This document shows, piece after piece, positions 36,046 to 45,353 of a DNA stretch of 57,209 nt. Source of the stretch: Candidatus Saccharimonadia bacterium (GTDB taxonomy: Bacteria > Patescibacteriota > Saccharimonadia > UBA4664 > JBBRNT01). The stretch's first letter is position 1. Every line of letters begins with the position of its first letter. The notes under the pieces are model-generated. The model made no database searches. It saw nothing but the letters and a program-made list of their open reading frames with translations, and was not told the DNA's origin. The position numbers were made by a program, and so were the translations under genes. The stretch lies in the NCBI GenBank assembly GCA_038230095.1, contig JBBRNT010000007.1:1-57209 (forward strand), in the 5' to 3' direction.

Positions 36046-36127
36046 CGCGTATTGCCATAAAACCAGGTATAAACTGGTTCGGTATGGGAGTCAATAGTAG
36101 CAACGGAGGGTACCCGTAGGATGTGTC

Positions 36128-37282
36128 GTGCAAGTGCCCCGTGTACGCAAAACTCACAGCAGCTCCACTGGATTCCAGACCACCCTGGGCCGGCTGGTCG
36201 GCCGTGTCTACCGCAAGCGCAAGCTGGCACTCATTATCCCTGCCCACAATGAAGAGTTGGTAATAGAGAGCACTATCCGCTCGGCGCTCGCAGCTGGCCT
36301 CGACTCACGCGACATATACGTGGTTAGCGATGCTTCCACGGACAACACTGTGGAGCTAGCCCGCGCCCTTATAATGAAAAGCCACGTACTCCCCGCGCCC
36401 CGCGGTGGCAAGGCTGGCGCTATCAAACGCGCGATTGACCACTACCGACTGGCCGAGCGCTACCTCTGGGTGCATATTGCCGACGCCGACGGGAACTTTA
36501 AGTCTGATTACTTCTCCATACTCCAGGGCAGCCTCGACGAATCGCGCTTTGTGGCGGCCACCGGCCACGTCCAAAGCCTGCCTGGTTGCTGGGTGTCGCA
36601 GTACCGGCTGTATGAGTACACAATTGGTCTAGAGATTGTGAAGCGCATCCAGGCCTGGCTCGGCACTATTACCGTCATTCCAGGTGCGACAGCCTGCATT
36701 AGTACAGCTATATTGAAGGACTTGGACTTCCTGACTCATAGCCTGACTGAGGACTTCGACATTACCTTGCAGATCCACCGCAAGAAGCTGGGTAAGATTG
36801 CCTACATCCCTAGCGCCAAGTGCTACACTCAAGACCCCGCCAACTACCATGACTACAAGAACCAGATCCGCCGCTGGTACCGAGGGTTCTGGCAAGGGGT
36901 AGTAAGGCACCGAGTGGGCCTGCGACCACGCCGGCTGGACGCGTATGTGAACTTTATTCTGGCAGAGACGTTTGTATTTGCAGCCGAGATCCTGGCGCTG
37001 CCGTTCATTATTGCCTTTGCCCCACACCCGGCCTTTACAGCGGCTAGCATATTTGTGGGCGATCTGCTGGTGTTCCTGAGCTTTGTGGTATTTGCTGCTG
37101 CCCTAAACAAGCGCTGGGATATCCTGGAACCCTTCCCACTATTCTATCTGCTACGGTTTACAAATCTGTACATTTTCATGGCCGCCTTCGTCGAAGTGGT
37201 CTTGCTCAAACGGTTTAAAAGCATCAAGCCTGGATGGGAAACGGCCAGTCGCCGCTATCGTATCCAGACCGGATCAATTTAA
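36128..37282 (+). CDS. Processive GT2 glycosyltransferase (IcaA/PgaC/cellulose-synthase-like)
   Basis: IPAHNE, DASTD, GKAGA, DAD, TED, QIRRW (D,D,D,QxxRW), C-terminal TMs. Confidence 0.92.
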   Translation: MQVPRVRKTHSSSTGFQTTLGRLVGRVYRKRKLALIIPAHNEELVIESTIRSALAAGLDSRDIYVVSDASTDNTVELARALIMKSHVLPAPRGGKAGAIKRAIDHYRLAERYLWVHIADADGNFKSDYFSILQGSLDESRFVAATGHVQSLPGCWVSQYRLYEYTIGLEIVKRIQAWLGTITVIPGATACISTAILKDLDFLTHSLTEDFDITLQIHRKKLGKIAYIPSAKCYTQDPANYHDYKNQIRRWYRGFWQGVVRHRVGLRPRRLDAYVNFILAETFVFAAEILALPFIIAFAPHPAFTAASIFVGDLLVFLSFVVFAAALNKRWDILEPFPLFYLLRFTNLYIFMAAFVEVVLLKRFKSIKPGWETASRRYRIQTGSI

Positions 37283-37295
37283 ACAAGGAGGCTGT

Positions 37296-37478
37296 ATGGC
37301 TTCTTATAATCCAATTGGTGTTGGTGGCGGCGTCATCGCGGTCGGTGGCGGTACAGTTCTCGCAACTGTGCTCCCCCAGACTGGAGTAACCGCTACTATA
37401 CAAATTGCTATCAGTGCAGCTGTCGCTCTGCTTATCTGGGCGGGTGTTTACACCTACCAGCAACGGAAGACGCGCTAG
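37296..37478 (+). CDS. 60-aa mini-protein with LPxTG-like sorting signal
   Basis: AGGAGG SD; LPQTG + hydrophobic helix + QQRKTR tail. Confidence 0.75.
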   Translation: MASYNPIGVGGGVIAVGGGTVLATVLPQTGVTATIQIAISAAVALLIWAGVYTYQQRKTR

Positions 37479-37479
37479 C

Positions 37480-37590
37480 ATGAAGCGGCCAACCCAAATC
37501 CTGATCGCCCTGGTGGCTATTGGGTTCGGAGTCTATCACCTGGTCATCTTTGGCCAAGTGGTAGGCTCTGTGCTGGGTTTGGTTCATTAA
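37480..37590 (+). CDS. 36-aa single-TM peptide
   Basis: MKRPTQILIALVAIGFGVYHLVIFGQVVGSVLGLVH fills the gap inside the operon. Confidence 0.5.
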   Translation: MKRPTQILIALVAIGFGVYHLVIFGQVVGSVLGLVH

Positions 37591-37609
37591 CCTAACCAAG
37601 GACTCATAC

Positions 37610-39769
37610 ATGAAACGTGTGTTGTTTTTCATAAGTCTTATCCTGTTCAGCATGCTTGCTGGCCTAGGCTTGCTGCGCCCAGCGAGTGCTGCAGCAGCTG
37701 GCGCCAACCTAGTAACCAACCCATCGGCCGAGACTACCCTAGCTGGTAGTACCGACCCCGTCGGTTGGTCGCGCTCGAGCTGGGGCGCCAACACACCAGT
37801 CTACAGCGTAAAGGCCACCGGCCAGAGCGGCACCAGGAGCCTATTTGTGAGTATGACGGGCTATACCAATGGTGACGCCAAGTGGGCTTTTGACCCAGTG
37901 CCAGTGACTGCCGGGACCACCTACGTCTTCAGCGACTACTACAAGGCTAGCATTACTACCGACGTGGTGGCCGACTACACGGACGCCGCTGGCAACGACA
38001 GCTATGAGTGGCTGGGTAGCCCTGCGGCCACCACGGCTTGGGCGCAGACCGGCTACACCCTGACCGCCCCAGTCGGTACGGTCAAGATGACGGTCCTTCA
38101 TGTTATATCTGGAGCTGGTACCCTACAAACCGATTCATTCTACCTTGGTACTCCAACCGCACCGGTGGTCACAAATGGCGTACCCAACGCCTCCATGGAG
38201 CAGGTATCTGACGCCAATGCCAAGCAGCCGCTAGCCTGGCAGAGCGGCAACTGGGGCACTAATACCGTGGCGTACAGCTACGCGACAACCGGCTATGACG
38301 GTACCCGTAGCCTCAAGACCACCGTGTCCAGGTATACCGATGGCGATGCTAAGTGGTACTTCAAGCCGGTGACCGTGTCACCTGGCACCCAGTATGTCTA
38401 CGCTGACTACTATAAGAGTGGTGTGGCGACTGCCATGGTGGCCCAGTACGAGCTAGCAGACGGTACCACCAGCTACGCCGATCTTGGTACTATTGCTGTG
38501 AGCACGGCCTGGAAGCGGGCAGCAGTACTGTTGACCGCTCCGGCCAACGCAAAGACTGTGACCATCCTACACCTGATAAAGGCAGTCGGATCATTGCAGA
38601 TAGACCAGGCTAGTCTGCTGCCTGAGACCCAGCTAGCCACCACCAATGGGGTGCCAAATAGCTCACTAGAACAGACCTCACTGGCCGATCAGACGAAGCC
38701 TTTGGCCTGGACGACGGGCAAGTGGGGTACCAACACTGTCAGCTATAGCTACAGCGCCGTGGCACATACTGGCGCTCACGCAGTGAAAACCCAGATTAGC
38801 AAGTACACCGATGGCGACGCAAAGTGGTACTACGCTGAGCAGCCAGTGGTTGCGGGCCAGAGCTACACCCTCAGTGATTGGTACCAATCGACTATTACCT
38901 CACAGGTAGTGGTACAGATTACTAATACCGATGGCACGCAGCAGTACCTACACCTGCCCACAGCCAATGCCGCTAGCAGCTGGACACAGTACAGCGCTAA
39001 GGTAACAATGCCCGCTACGGCCAAGTCGGCAACTATTCTGCATCTGATTGCGGGCGTAGGCTACCTGATAACCGATGACTACAGCCTAGTGCCAGTAGCT
39101 ACAGTCGGCTTCAACCGAGGTCTTGTCAGCCTGACCTTCGACGACGGCTGGGGCTCTATCTACACCAATGCTATCCCCCTCCTGGACGCTCACGGCTATA
39201 AGTCTACGCAGTACATTGTAAGCGGCTTTATTGATACCCCCAGCTATATGACCTCTGCCATGCTGAACAGCATGTTTAGTGATGGCCAGGAAATAGCCTC
39301 CCACACCGTGACCCATCCAGACTTGACCACGCTCACTGGCGCCCAGCTGGTGACCGAGCTGCATGACTCACAAGCCTTTCTCCTGAGTCACGGCCTCGGT
39401 AGCGTCAATGACTTTGCTACCCCCTACGGCGCCTACAACTCCACAGTCATAGCGGCGATCAAGCAGTACTACGCTAGCCACCGGTCAACCGACGTAGGCT
39501 ATAACTCTAAGGATAGCTTTGACCCATATAATCTGAAGGTCCAAGACCTGAGTGTAACTACTACTGAGACGGAGCTGCAGAGCTGGCTGGACAAGGCCAA
39601 AGCGGACAAAACCTGGCTCATCCTGGTCTTCCACCAGATTGATACCTCTGGTGAGCAATACTCCTCCACCCCAGCTCAGCTTGCTCGCTACCTGGACGAC
39701 ATTGCCGCTCGTAACCTGCCCGTGGTCACGGTGAGCGGTGGTATAGGCGAAGTAAGCCCACAACTGTAG
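37610..39769 (+). CDS. Secreted polysaccharide deacetylase (CE4/NodB) with three N-terminal CBM-like repeats
   Basis: Signal peptide; 3x NxSxE...WGxNT...GDAKW repeats; TFDDG, HTVTH, PYG, LVFH. Confidence 0.9.
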   Translation: MKRVLFFISLILFSMLAGLGLLRPASAAAAGANLVTNPSAETTLAGSTDPVGWSRSSWGANTPVYSVKATGQSGTRSLFVSMTGYTNGDAKWAFDPVPVTAGTTYVFSDYYKASITTDVVADYTDAAGNDSYEWLGSPAATTAWAQTGYTLTAPVGTVKMTVLHVISGAGTLQTDSFYLGTPTAPVVTNGVPNASMEQVSDANAKQPLAWQSGNWGTNTVAYSYATTGYDGTRSLKTTVSRYTDGDAKWYFKPVTVSPGTQYVYADYYKSGVATAMVAQYELADGTTSYADLGTIAVSTAWKRAAVLLTAPANAKTVTILHLIKAVGSLQIDQASLLPETQLATTNGVPNSSLEQTSLADQTKPLAWTTGKWGTNTVSYSYSAVAHTGAHAVKTQISKYTDGDAKWYYAEQPVVAGQSYTLSDWYQSTITSQVVVQITNTDGTQQYLHLPTANAASSWTQYSAKVTMPATAKSATILHLIAGVGYLITDDYSLVPVATVGFNRGLVSLTFDDGWGSIYTNAIPLLDAHGYKSTQYIVSGFIDTPSYMTSAMLNSMFSDGQEIASHTVTHPDLTTLTGAQLVTELHDSQAFLLSHGLGSVNDFATPYGAYNSTVIAAIKQYYASHRSTDVGYNSKDSFDPYNLKVQDLSVTTTETELQSWLDKAKADKTWLILVFHQIDTSGEQYSSTPAQLARYLDDIAARNLPVVTVSGGIGEVSPQL

Positions 39770-39782
39770 CCTTGTCAGAATG

Positions 39783-39815
39783 AAAAACCCGCTCCAAGAA
39801 CTGGAGCGGGTTTTT
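39783..39815. terminator. Bidirectional terminator
   Basis: aaaaacccgctcca-agaac-tggagcgggttttt. Confidence 0.85.
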
Positions 39816-40893
39816 AGTTACCAGAGCGCAGACGGAGCACCGCGGTGCGTAAGGCGACAAGCTGGCTAGGGCTGCTGGACACATCGAAGTAGGAGTAGAA
39901 CAGTAGACTGCGAGCCCCGCCCGATAGGGCAGCCCGACCCATGGCCACCATCTCGTCGGCACTGGGGTAGCGAGCGGCAGCAGGGCTGTGGCCCAAGCCC
40001 GTCGCGGTAGCGGGATAGCTGGCCCAGCTAAAGGCCTGCTCAATAAACCAGCTATCAGTGTCACCAGCAACTGTAGCGTCTTGTGCGATCTGGCCTATGT
40101 GGCTCTGGTCCTCAAACGGCACGGGGTAGTAGTCGAGAGCAAAGTGGTCACTACTGCTGCGCAATGCCATAAGGAAGCTCTGTCGGTCGGCGGCAGAGCT
40201 AGACGTCCATCCAACGAGCACGGAGATGACCGGCTTGCTGGTAAGCAGCTTAATCTGGGCGTAGCGGGTAGCCAGGATGGGCTGCCAGGTAGCTAGGTCA
40301 CTCGGCTGCTCGGGCTGCTCGTCTGTCAGCGCAAAACCGTAGGTGGCAGGGTGGCCGGCGACGGCTTTGACAACGCTCTGGGCAATTTGCTCGTTACTAC
40401 TGCCCCAGGCCGAGAACGTGGCCGCAGTACTAGCGCCTTCCGGCAAAGCGTCGTAGAGGTCTTTGAGGCTGAAGATAATGTGAATGTGCCGGACGGCGGC
40501 CGCGTCTAGATAGGCCTGAACTTGGTCCGGCGTGCCGTCGAATGAGGCGTAGTTATACAGCACATCGAAACCAGTGGCGGCGGCCCAGTCTAGGGTGGCC
40601 GTGGCTTTGGCCGGATCGGACGGCGAGTCGCTGACGAATAGGCCCAGGTGGTCCGGTGTAGGCCTACTCGTAGTCGGGAGCGTGCTACGAGCCTGGGCGG
40701 CGGCAGCCGGGCTGGTAGCGGTAGCAGCTTGCTGTGAGATGCTTGCCACTACTTGATTCGTCGAGGAGGCCGCCCGCTGGCTTTTGGGCGCGCTCACAGC
40801 GCCAGCCCAGACCACAGCTGCGACCAACCCGATAATACTAAGACTGGCCGCAGCCAGGTGCCACTGTCGAACATGCTTCAGAATTCCCCTCAT
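39814..40893 (-). CDS. Membrane-anchored putative glycoside hydrolase-like TIM-barrel protein
   Basis: N-terminal TM; HPATYGFALTDE, DYYP, EQAFSW, LFYSY motifs reminiscent of clan-A GH-like proteins. Confidence 0.6.
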   Translation of the reverse strand: MRGILKHVRQWHLAAASLSIIGLVAAVVWAGAVSAPKSQRAASSTNQVVASISQQAATATSPAAAAQARSTLPTTSRPTPDHLGLFVSDSPSDPAKATATLDWAAATGFDVLYNYASFDGTPDQVQAYLDAAAVRHIHIIFSLKDLYDALPEGASTAATFSAWGSSNEQIAQSVVKAVAGHPATYGFALTDEQPEQPSDLATWQPILATRYAQIKLLTSKPVISVLVGWTSSSAADRQSFLMALRSSSDHFALDYYPVPFEDQSHIGQIAQDATVAGDTDSWFIEQAFSWASYPATATGLGHSPAAARYPSADEMVAMGRAALSGGARSLLFYSYFDVSSSPSQLVALRTAVLRLRSGN

Positions 40894-40924
40894 GCGCCCA
40901 GGATAGGCGACGCGCCCGGTCCGG

Positions 40925-41908
40925 TCAAGTCGCCCAGAGATGGGTGGTCTTCATTTTCATACGCTTGATACGGCTGGTTTTGAGTATGCCGGGCTTGGCG
41001 CCAATCTTCTGCACCACGCCAGTGGAGTTGGCGCTGGCCAGGGTAATAGCGTCTTCCATGGGCAGGCCCTTGGCTAAGCCTGCCACGAAGCCAGAGCCAA
41101 AAGCATCACCGGCCCCGGTACGGTCAACGACCTTTACTTTTTGGTACTGGCCGGCTCGGTACAGCAGCTTACCATCGGTGGCAAGGCAGCCTTTGGCGCC
41201 GTCAGTCACTATAACGTAGGTGCAGTACTTGGCTAGCTCCCGGACAATGCCCTCAGGTGTGGTAGCCATGGCCAGCTGGCCCAGCTCATCTAGATTGGCC
41301 TTAAGCACGGATATAAGTGGTAGTAGTCGGCGCAGCTTCTTGGCCTGAGCCAGCTCGGCAGCCCCTGGGTCTAGCGCCACCCGAATGCCACGAGCATTGG
41401 CATGCTTGAGGAGCCTGGTAAGCAGATCCATATTGCCAGAAAGTGAGCTAATGTAGAGCCAGTCGGCCTCAATATTGCGGATAGCAAAGTCGGTGGCTTT
41501 CATGTCGTGGGAGGCGCCGCGATACACCAGAATGGTGCGCTCGCCCGTGGGTGAGAGCAGGATGGTAGAGTACTGCGTGCCCAGCTTGGTGTCATAGGCT
41601 ACACCATCTGTGCCCACGCTCTCACGCTTAAGCGAGCGGATAACCTCGGCGCCGGCTGGGTCATGGCCAATCTTACCGATGAAGCTAGCCGACAGGCCTT
41701 GGCGCGCAAAGGTAACTGCGGCATTGGTAGCACCGCCCCCGGTGTCATAGACCACGCCAGCCACATCTATCTTTGCCCCGAGTGGGAACTGCTCGACGTA
41801 GTCCCGCGAGCGTACGTCGCGCCGAGCGGATAATGCCTTGCCAGTAAGAAACACGTCCTGTGAGGCCGCCCCTACGGTGACAATGTGCGGATTCTTGTTC
41901 TCAGTCAT
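40925..41908 (-). CDS. PfkB-family carbohydrate kinase
   Basis: GGGATNAA, GERTIL, DRTGAGDAFGSG; start trimmed to ATG 41908. Confidence 0.93.
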   Translation of the reverse strand: MTENKNPHIVTVGAASQDVFLTGKALSARRDVRSRDYVEQFPLGAKIDVAGVVYDTGGGATNAAVTFARQGLSASFIGKIGHDPAGAEVIRSLKRESVGTDGVAYDTKLGTQYSTILLSPTGERTILVYRGASHDMKATDFAIRNIEADWLYISSLSGNMDLLTRLLKHANARGIRVALDPGAAELAQAKKLRRLLPLISVLKANLDELGQLAMATTPEGIVRELAKYCTYVIVTDGAKGCLATDGKLLYRAGQYQKVKVVDRTGAGDAFGSGFVAGLAKGLPMEDAITLASANSTGVVQKIGAKPGILKTSRIKRMKMKTTHLWAT

Positions 41909-41954
41909 GTCCCTATAATACCAGTTATGCTGATCAGTAGTATATAATATGTCC

Positions 41955-43031
41955 ATGACAAATCTTGAACAATTATTTGCCCAAGGACAGAGTCCATGGC
42001 TAGACAACCTAAGCCGCGGCATGATCAGTAATGGTACGCTCGCCATCTACCTGTCGCAGGGCATACGTGGCGTCACCAGCAACCCGACCATTTTCCAGAA
42101 GTCTATAGAGACTGATACGGCCTATGATACAGAGCTGGCCCAGCTCAAGGCCGCTGGCACGACTGCCGATGATGCCTACTGGAAGCTAGTGAAGGCCGAC
42201 ATTGCTAGCGCCCTGACCGTCTTGCGACCAGTCTACGATGCCAATCCCCGCCTGGGAGACGGCTGTGTGTCCCTGGAAGTGTCTCCGCGCCTCGCTGCCG
42301 ATACGGCAGGGACGGTGGAGATGGGTACGCAGCTGTGGACCGAGCTGGCTCAGCCCAATCTGATGGTCAAGGTGCCAGCCACCCCAGCTGGTGTTCCGGC
42401 TATCCGGACCCTCATAGCAGCAGGCGTTAATGTAAATGTTACACTCATATTTAGCTTAGGCCGTTACGCCGAAGTAGTGGAGGCGTACATGGCTGGCCTT
42501 GAAGCTCGCGAGGGTGACTTGTCGAGCATTGTGAGCGTGGCATCATTCTTTATTAGCCGGACGGACACCGAGATAGATAAGCGCCTCGACGCTGTGGCAG
42601 CACCGGCGGAACTACACGGCAAGGCAGCGGTTGCGCAGGCCCAACTAGCCTACGAGCTATTTACCCAAGCCTTTAGCGGGCCACGGTGGGAGGCACTGGT
42701 GGCACGCGGCGCCAATGCACAACGCCCACTATGGGCCTCTACCTCCACCAAGAACCCCGCCTATGACGACCTACTCTACGTGGAGCCGCTGGTACTACCT
42801 CAGACAGTCAATACTATGCCCGATGCGACTATTACGGCCGTGCTTGACCATGCCGAAATTGCCTCCCCAGACCTAGAGACCGTGTTTACCGCGGCCCATG
42901 AGACGTTTAGCGCTGTGGGCGCCGTTGGCATTGACTACGTGGATGTAGCCGCCACGCTTGAGCGCGAGGGCGTCGAGAAGTTTGGCGTCTCATTTGACGA
43001 TGTTCTGAAGGCAATTGCGGCCAAGCTCTAG
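41955..43031 (+). CDS. tal: Transaldolase (actinobacterial/plant-type)
   Basis: WLDNLSR, GVTSNPTIF, VSLEVSP, MVKVPAT, NVTLIFS, QRPLWAST. Confidence 0.95.
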   Translation: MTNLEQLFAQGQSPWLDNLSRGMISNGTLAIYLSQGIRGVTSNPTIFQKSIETDTAYDTELAQLKAAGTTADDAYWKLVKADIASALTVLRPVYDANPRLGDGCVSLEVSPRLAADTAGTVEMGTQLWTELAQPNLMVKVPATPAGVPAIRTLIAAGVNVNVTLIFSLGRYAEVVEAYMAGLEAREGDLSSIVSVASFFISRTDTEIDKRLDAVAAPAELHGKAAVAQAQLAYELFTQAFSGPRWEALVARGANAQRPLWASTSTKNPAYDDLLYVEPLVLPQTVNTMPDATITAVLDHAEIASPDLETVFTAAHETFSAVGAVGIDYVDVAATLEREGVEKFGVSFDDVLKAIAAKL

Positions 43032-43705
43032 GGCGCTACAATGAGCTGCTGCAAGGCTAGGAAGTCCACCGCATGAGCAGGCCAGTTGCTGTTATTCCCA
43101 AATAGAATGGTTTGCCCAAACCCGGCTACTTCGGGGCTTTTTAGGTTGTCTGCCAGGTTGTCTACCATCCAGTTCTGGACGGCCGCCTGACCAGAGTGCT
43201 GGACCGCTAGCTCGTAGATAGCAGCCTCGGGCTTTTCTAGACCGACTTCGCTGGACAGAATAATGTCGTCAAAGTCGAACTCTACGTCTAGCTCGGGCAA
43301 CTCCACCTGGCGGCGCGTTGGGTAGGCATTGGATAAGAGGCCCAAATAGGCCACGCCCTTCATAGCCTCGGCAAAATTGCGCCAGCCGGGCATAATCTCG
43401 AACCGATTGGTCATAACAAAGTCTTCTGTAAGCTGGGATATAGCGGCTGGCGCCACGGAACGGCCCTGGCCATGGACCAGACTGGTAAACACATCGAGGT
43501 AGAGCTGTTTCTCTTCGGCCACGGTGCGTACTGCTAGGCTACGCTGCTTCCAGTGGGGGTCCAACTGCATTTGACCCAGATAGGCCTGCCGACAGATCTC
43601 AGCTGGGATGCCCAGGGCAGTACTGACGAGCTGGCTGCGGCTGGCGGTGCGGCGGGCGACCACCCCATCGAAATCAAGCCAGATCCAGAGCGGCAACTGA
43701 GACAC
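43028..43705 (-). CDS. HAD-superfamily hydrolase
   Basis: DFDGV, LSN, SSEVGLEKP, VDN. Confidence 0.85.
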   Translation of the reverse strand: MSQLPLWIWLDFDGVVARRTASRSQLVSTALGIPAEICRQAYLGQMQLDPHWKQRSLAVRTVAEEKQLYLDVFTSLVHGQGRSVAPAAISQLTEDFVMTNRFEIMPGWRNFAEAMKGVAYLGLLSNAYPTRRQVELPELDVEFDFDDIILSSEVGLEKPEAAIYELAVQHSGQAAVQNWMVDNLADNLKSPEVAGFGQTILFGNNSNWPAHAVDFLALQQLIVAP

Positions 43706-44616
43706 TAGACTACGGCCTTGCCCGAAGAGCTATATATGTCCATGTGGTCTTCCACTACCTTCTGCACAGCCGCCAGAACTTCTGGGGTTATCTTGGTCCA
43801 GTCGTAGACGTCTGGGTGAGCGGCGTACTCCTGTTCTAGCGTGTGACGGAAGGCATAACGCAGATCGGAATTCAGATTCACCTTGGAAACGCCAATCTGG
43901 GCGGCTTCTTGGAAGAAGTGCGAGGGAGTGTCTGAACCGCCATGAAGGCTAATATTGCAGGTGATAGCGTCGCGAATCTGCTGGAGAAGGGCCAGGTCCA
44001 GCTGCTTGGGCACAGGATACTTGCCATGCAAGTTGCCCACGGCCGCGGCAAAGGTGTCTACGCCAGTGGCGTCGACAAAGGCCTTGGCACCTTCGGGCGT
44101 CGAGAACGTCTTGCGCAGCTCGGTGTAGTCGATCTCCTCAGTGTGCAGATTCGAGCTGCCGCCAAAATAGTGTGGCTCGCTCTCTACAAGTGCCCCAGTG
44201 GTTTTGGCGTACTCCACAATCTCCCTGGTAGCAGCAATAATCTCCTCGTCCGTCGCATCGTGGTTGGCCTGGGACACATCAATATGAATGAACTCGAAAC
44301 CGGCGTCGATGCCAGCCTTGGCAGCCTCAACGGACGGCGAGTGGTCCAGATTAATGTAGATCTCAATACCTAGATCGCGCTTGTAGTTGTCCACCATGTC
44401 GCGAAGGTTATCTAGGCCAATGGCCTGCACCTCGCCGTGGCTCACCTCGGCCAGCAGCGGCGACTGCTTATTGGCGGCCGCCTGGCAGACTGCCCGGAGC
44501 GTTTCCTGGTTGTCTATATTAAAGGCGCCGACGGCAAATTTCTCGGCTCGGCTCCGCGCCATGAGCGCCCGGGCGGCGGCGGTATTCTTCTTGATCTCAT
44601 CCATGGATAACGGCAT
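43705..44616 (-). CDS. fba: Class II fructose-bisphosphate aldolase
   Basis: AVGAFN, NLDH, GNLHGKY, SLHGGS, KVNLNS. Confidence 0.92.
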   Translation of the reverse strand: MPLSMDEIKKNTAAARALMARSRAEKFAVGAFNIDNQETLRAVCQAAANKQSPLLAEVSHGEVQAIGLDNLRDMVDNYKRDLGIEIYINLDHSPSVEAAKAGIDAGFEFIHIDVSQANHDATDEEIIAATREIVEYAKTTGALVESEPHYFGGSSNLHTEEIDYTELRKTFSTPEGAKAFVDATGVDTFAAAVGNLHGKYPVPKQLDLALLQQIRDAITCNISLHGGSDTPSHFFQEAAQIGVSKVNLNSDLRYAFRHTLEQEYAAHPDVYDWTKITPEVLAAVQKVVEDHMDIYSSSGKAVV

Positions 44617-44702
44617 GCACCCTCCAAATATTGTATTTATACCTAGTTTACACTATCCTGTCCCCTATCTGCAGCCGCAGTGTACCGATCCGAGGAGAAG
44701 TC

Positions 44703-44987
44703 ATGGCCCGTACTAACCGTGAACGCACAGCCCGATCCAGGGCCTACGAAGAGGCTGCCGTGCACGGCGCCTACATTCAGAAGCTGGTGAGGGACCTGCA
44801 GTCAATGATCTTCCACAAGGATGCGCCGAGCGTATTCAAGCGCAAGCTGAAGCTTCACTACACCTTGACTCCGGCCGAGTGTGTGGCGCTTCAGAACGGC
44901 ATTACTGCCATACTGCGCGGACAGGCGTTCCGGCAGATTACGTTGGACGTCAGCAGCCGCCGGCTCCATCTGGCCCTGGTCCGCTAA
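44703..44987 (+). CDS. Small basic hypothetical protein
   Basis: GAGGAG SD before ATG 44703; TAATG coupling to the next gene. Confidence 0.65.
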   Translation: MARTNRERTARSRAYEEAAVHGAYIQKLVRDLQSMIFHKDAPSVFKRKLKLHYTLTPAECVALQNGITAILRGQAFRQITLDVSSRRLHLALVR

Positions 44988-45322
44988 TGCCTACCTCTGC
45001 TAAGAAGCGTGCAGCTGGGACCCGGCCGAGCGACCAGGCACGCCAGTCCGCCCTGGCCCAATCAGACCTCCAGGACTATCTAGATGGGGTGACCAAGCGG
45101 ATCCGAGACCAGATCCGGCTCCAGCGGCCCGAGCGGCTTGTCTTCGAGGAACTGGTACCGAAACGCCTGCAGGTACCACTAGAACGCAACCTCCAGCGTC
45201 AGATTGGGGATATGGCTGGCGTCCAGCGCTACGCCGTAGCGAGCTGCCATATCCAGAATGCTGGTCTCATGAGGCAGCGAAAGCGAATCCGTATCTTGCT
45301 GCTCCGTACCACCGTCTGGTAA
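44987..45322 (+). CDS. Small basic hypothetical protein
   Basis: Starts in the TAATG overlap; followed by hairpin 45332-45353. Confidence 0.65.
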   Translation: MPTSAKKRAAGTRPSDQARQSALAQSDLQDYLDGVTKRIRDQIRLQRPERLVFEELVPKRLQVPLERNLQRQIGDMAGVQRYAVASCHIQNAGLMRQRKRIRILLLRTTVW

Positions 45323-45331
45323 GGACCCCTT

Positions 45332-45353
45332 GCCCACCTCTTCGGAGGTGGGC
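45332..45353. terminator. Hairpin between convergent genes
   Basis: gcccacctc-ttcg-gaggtgggc. Confidence 0.7.
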
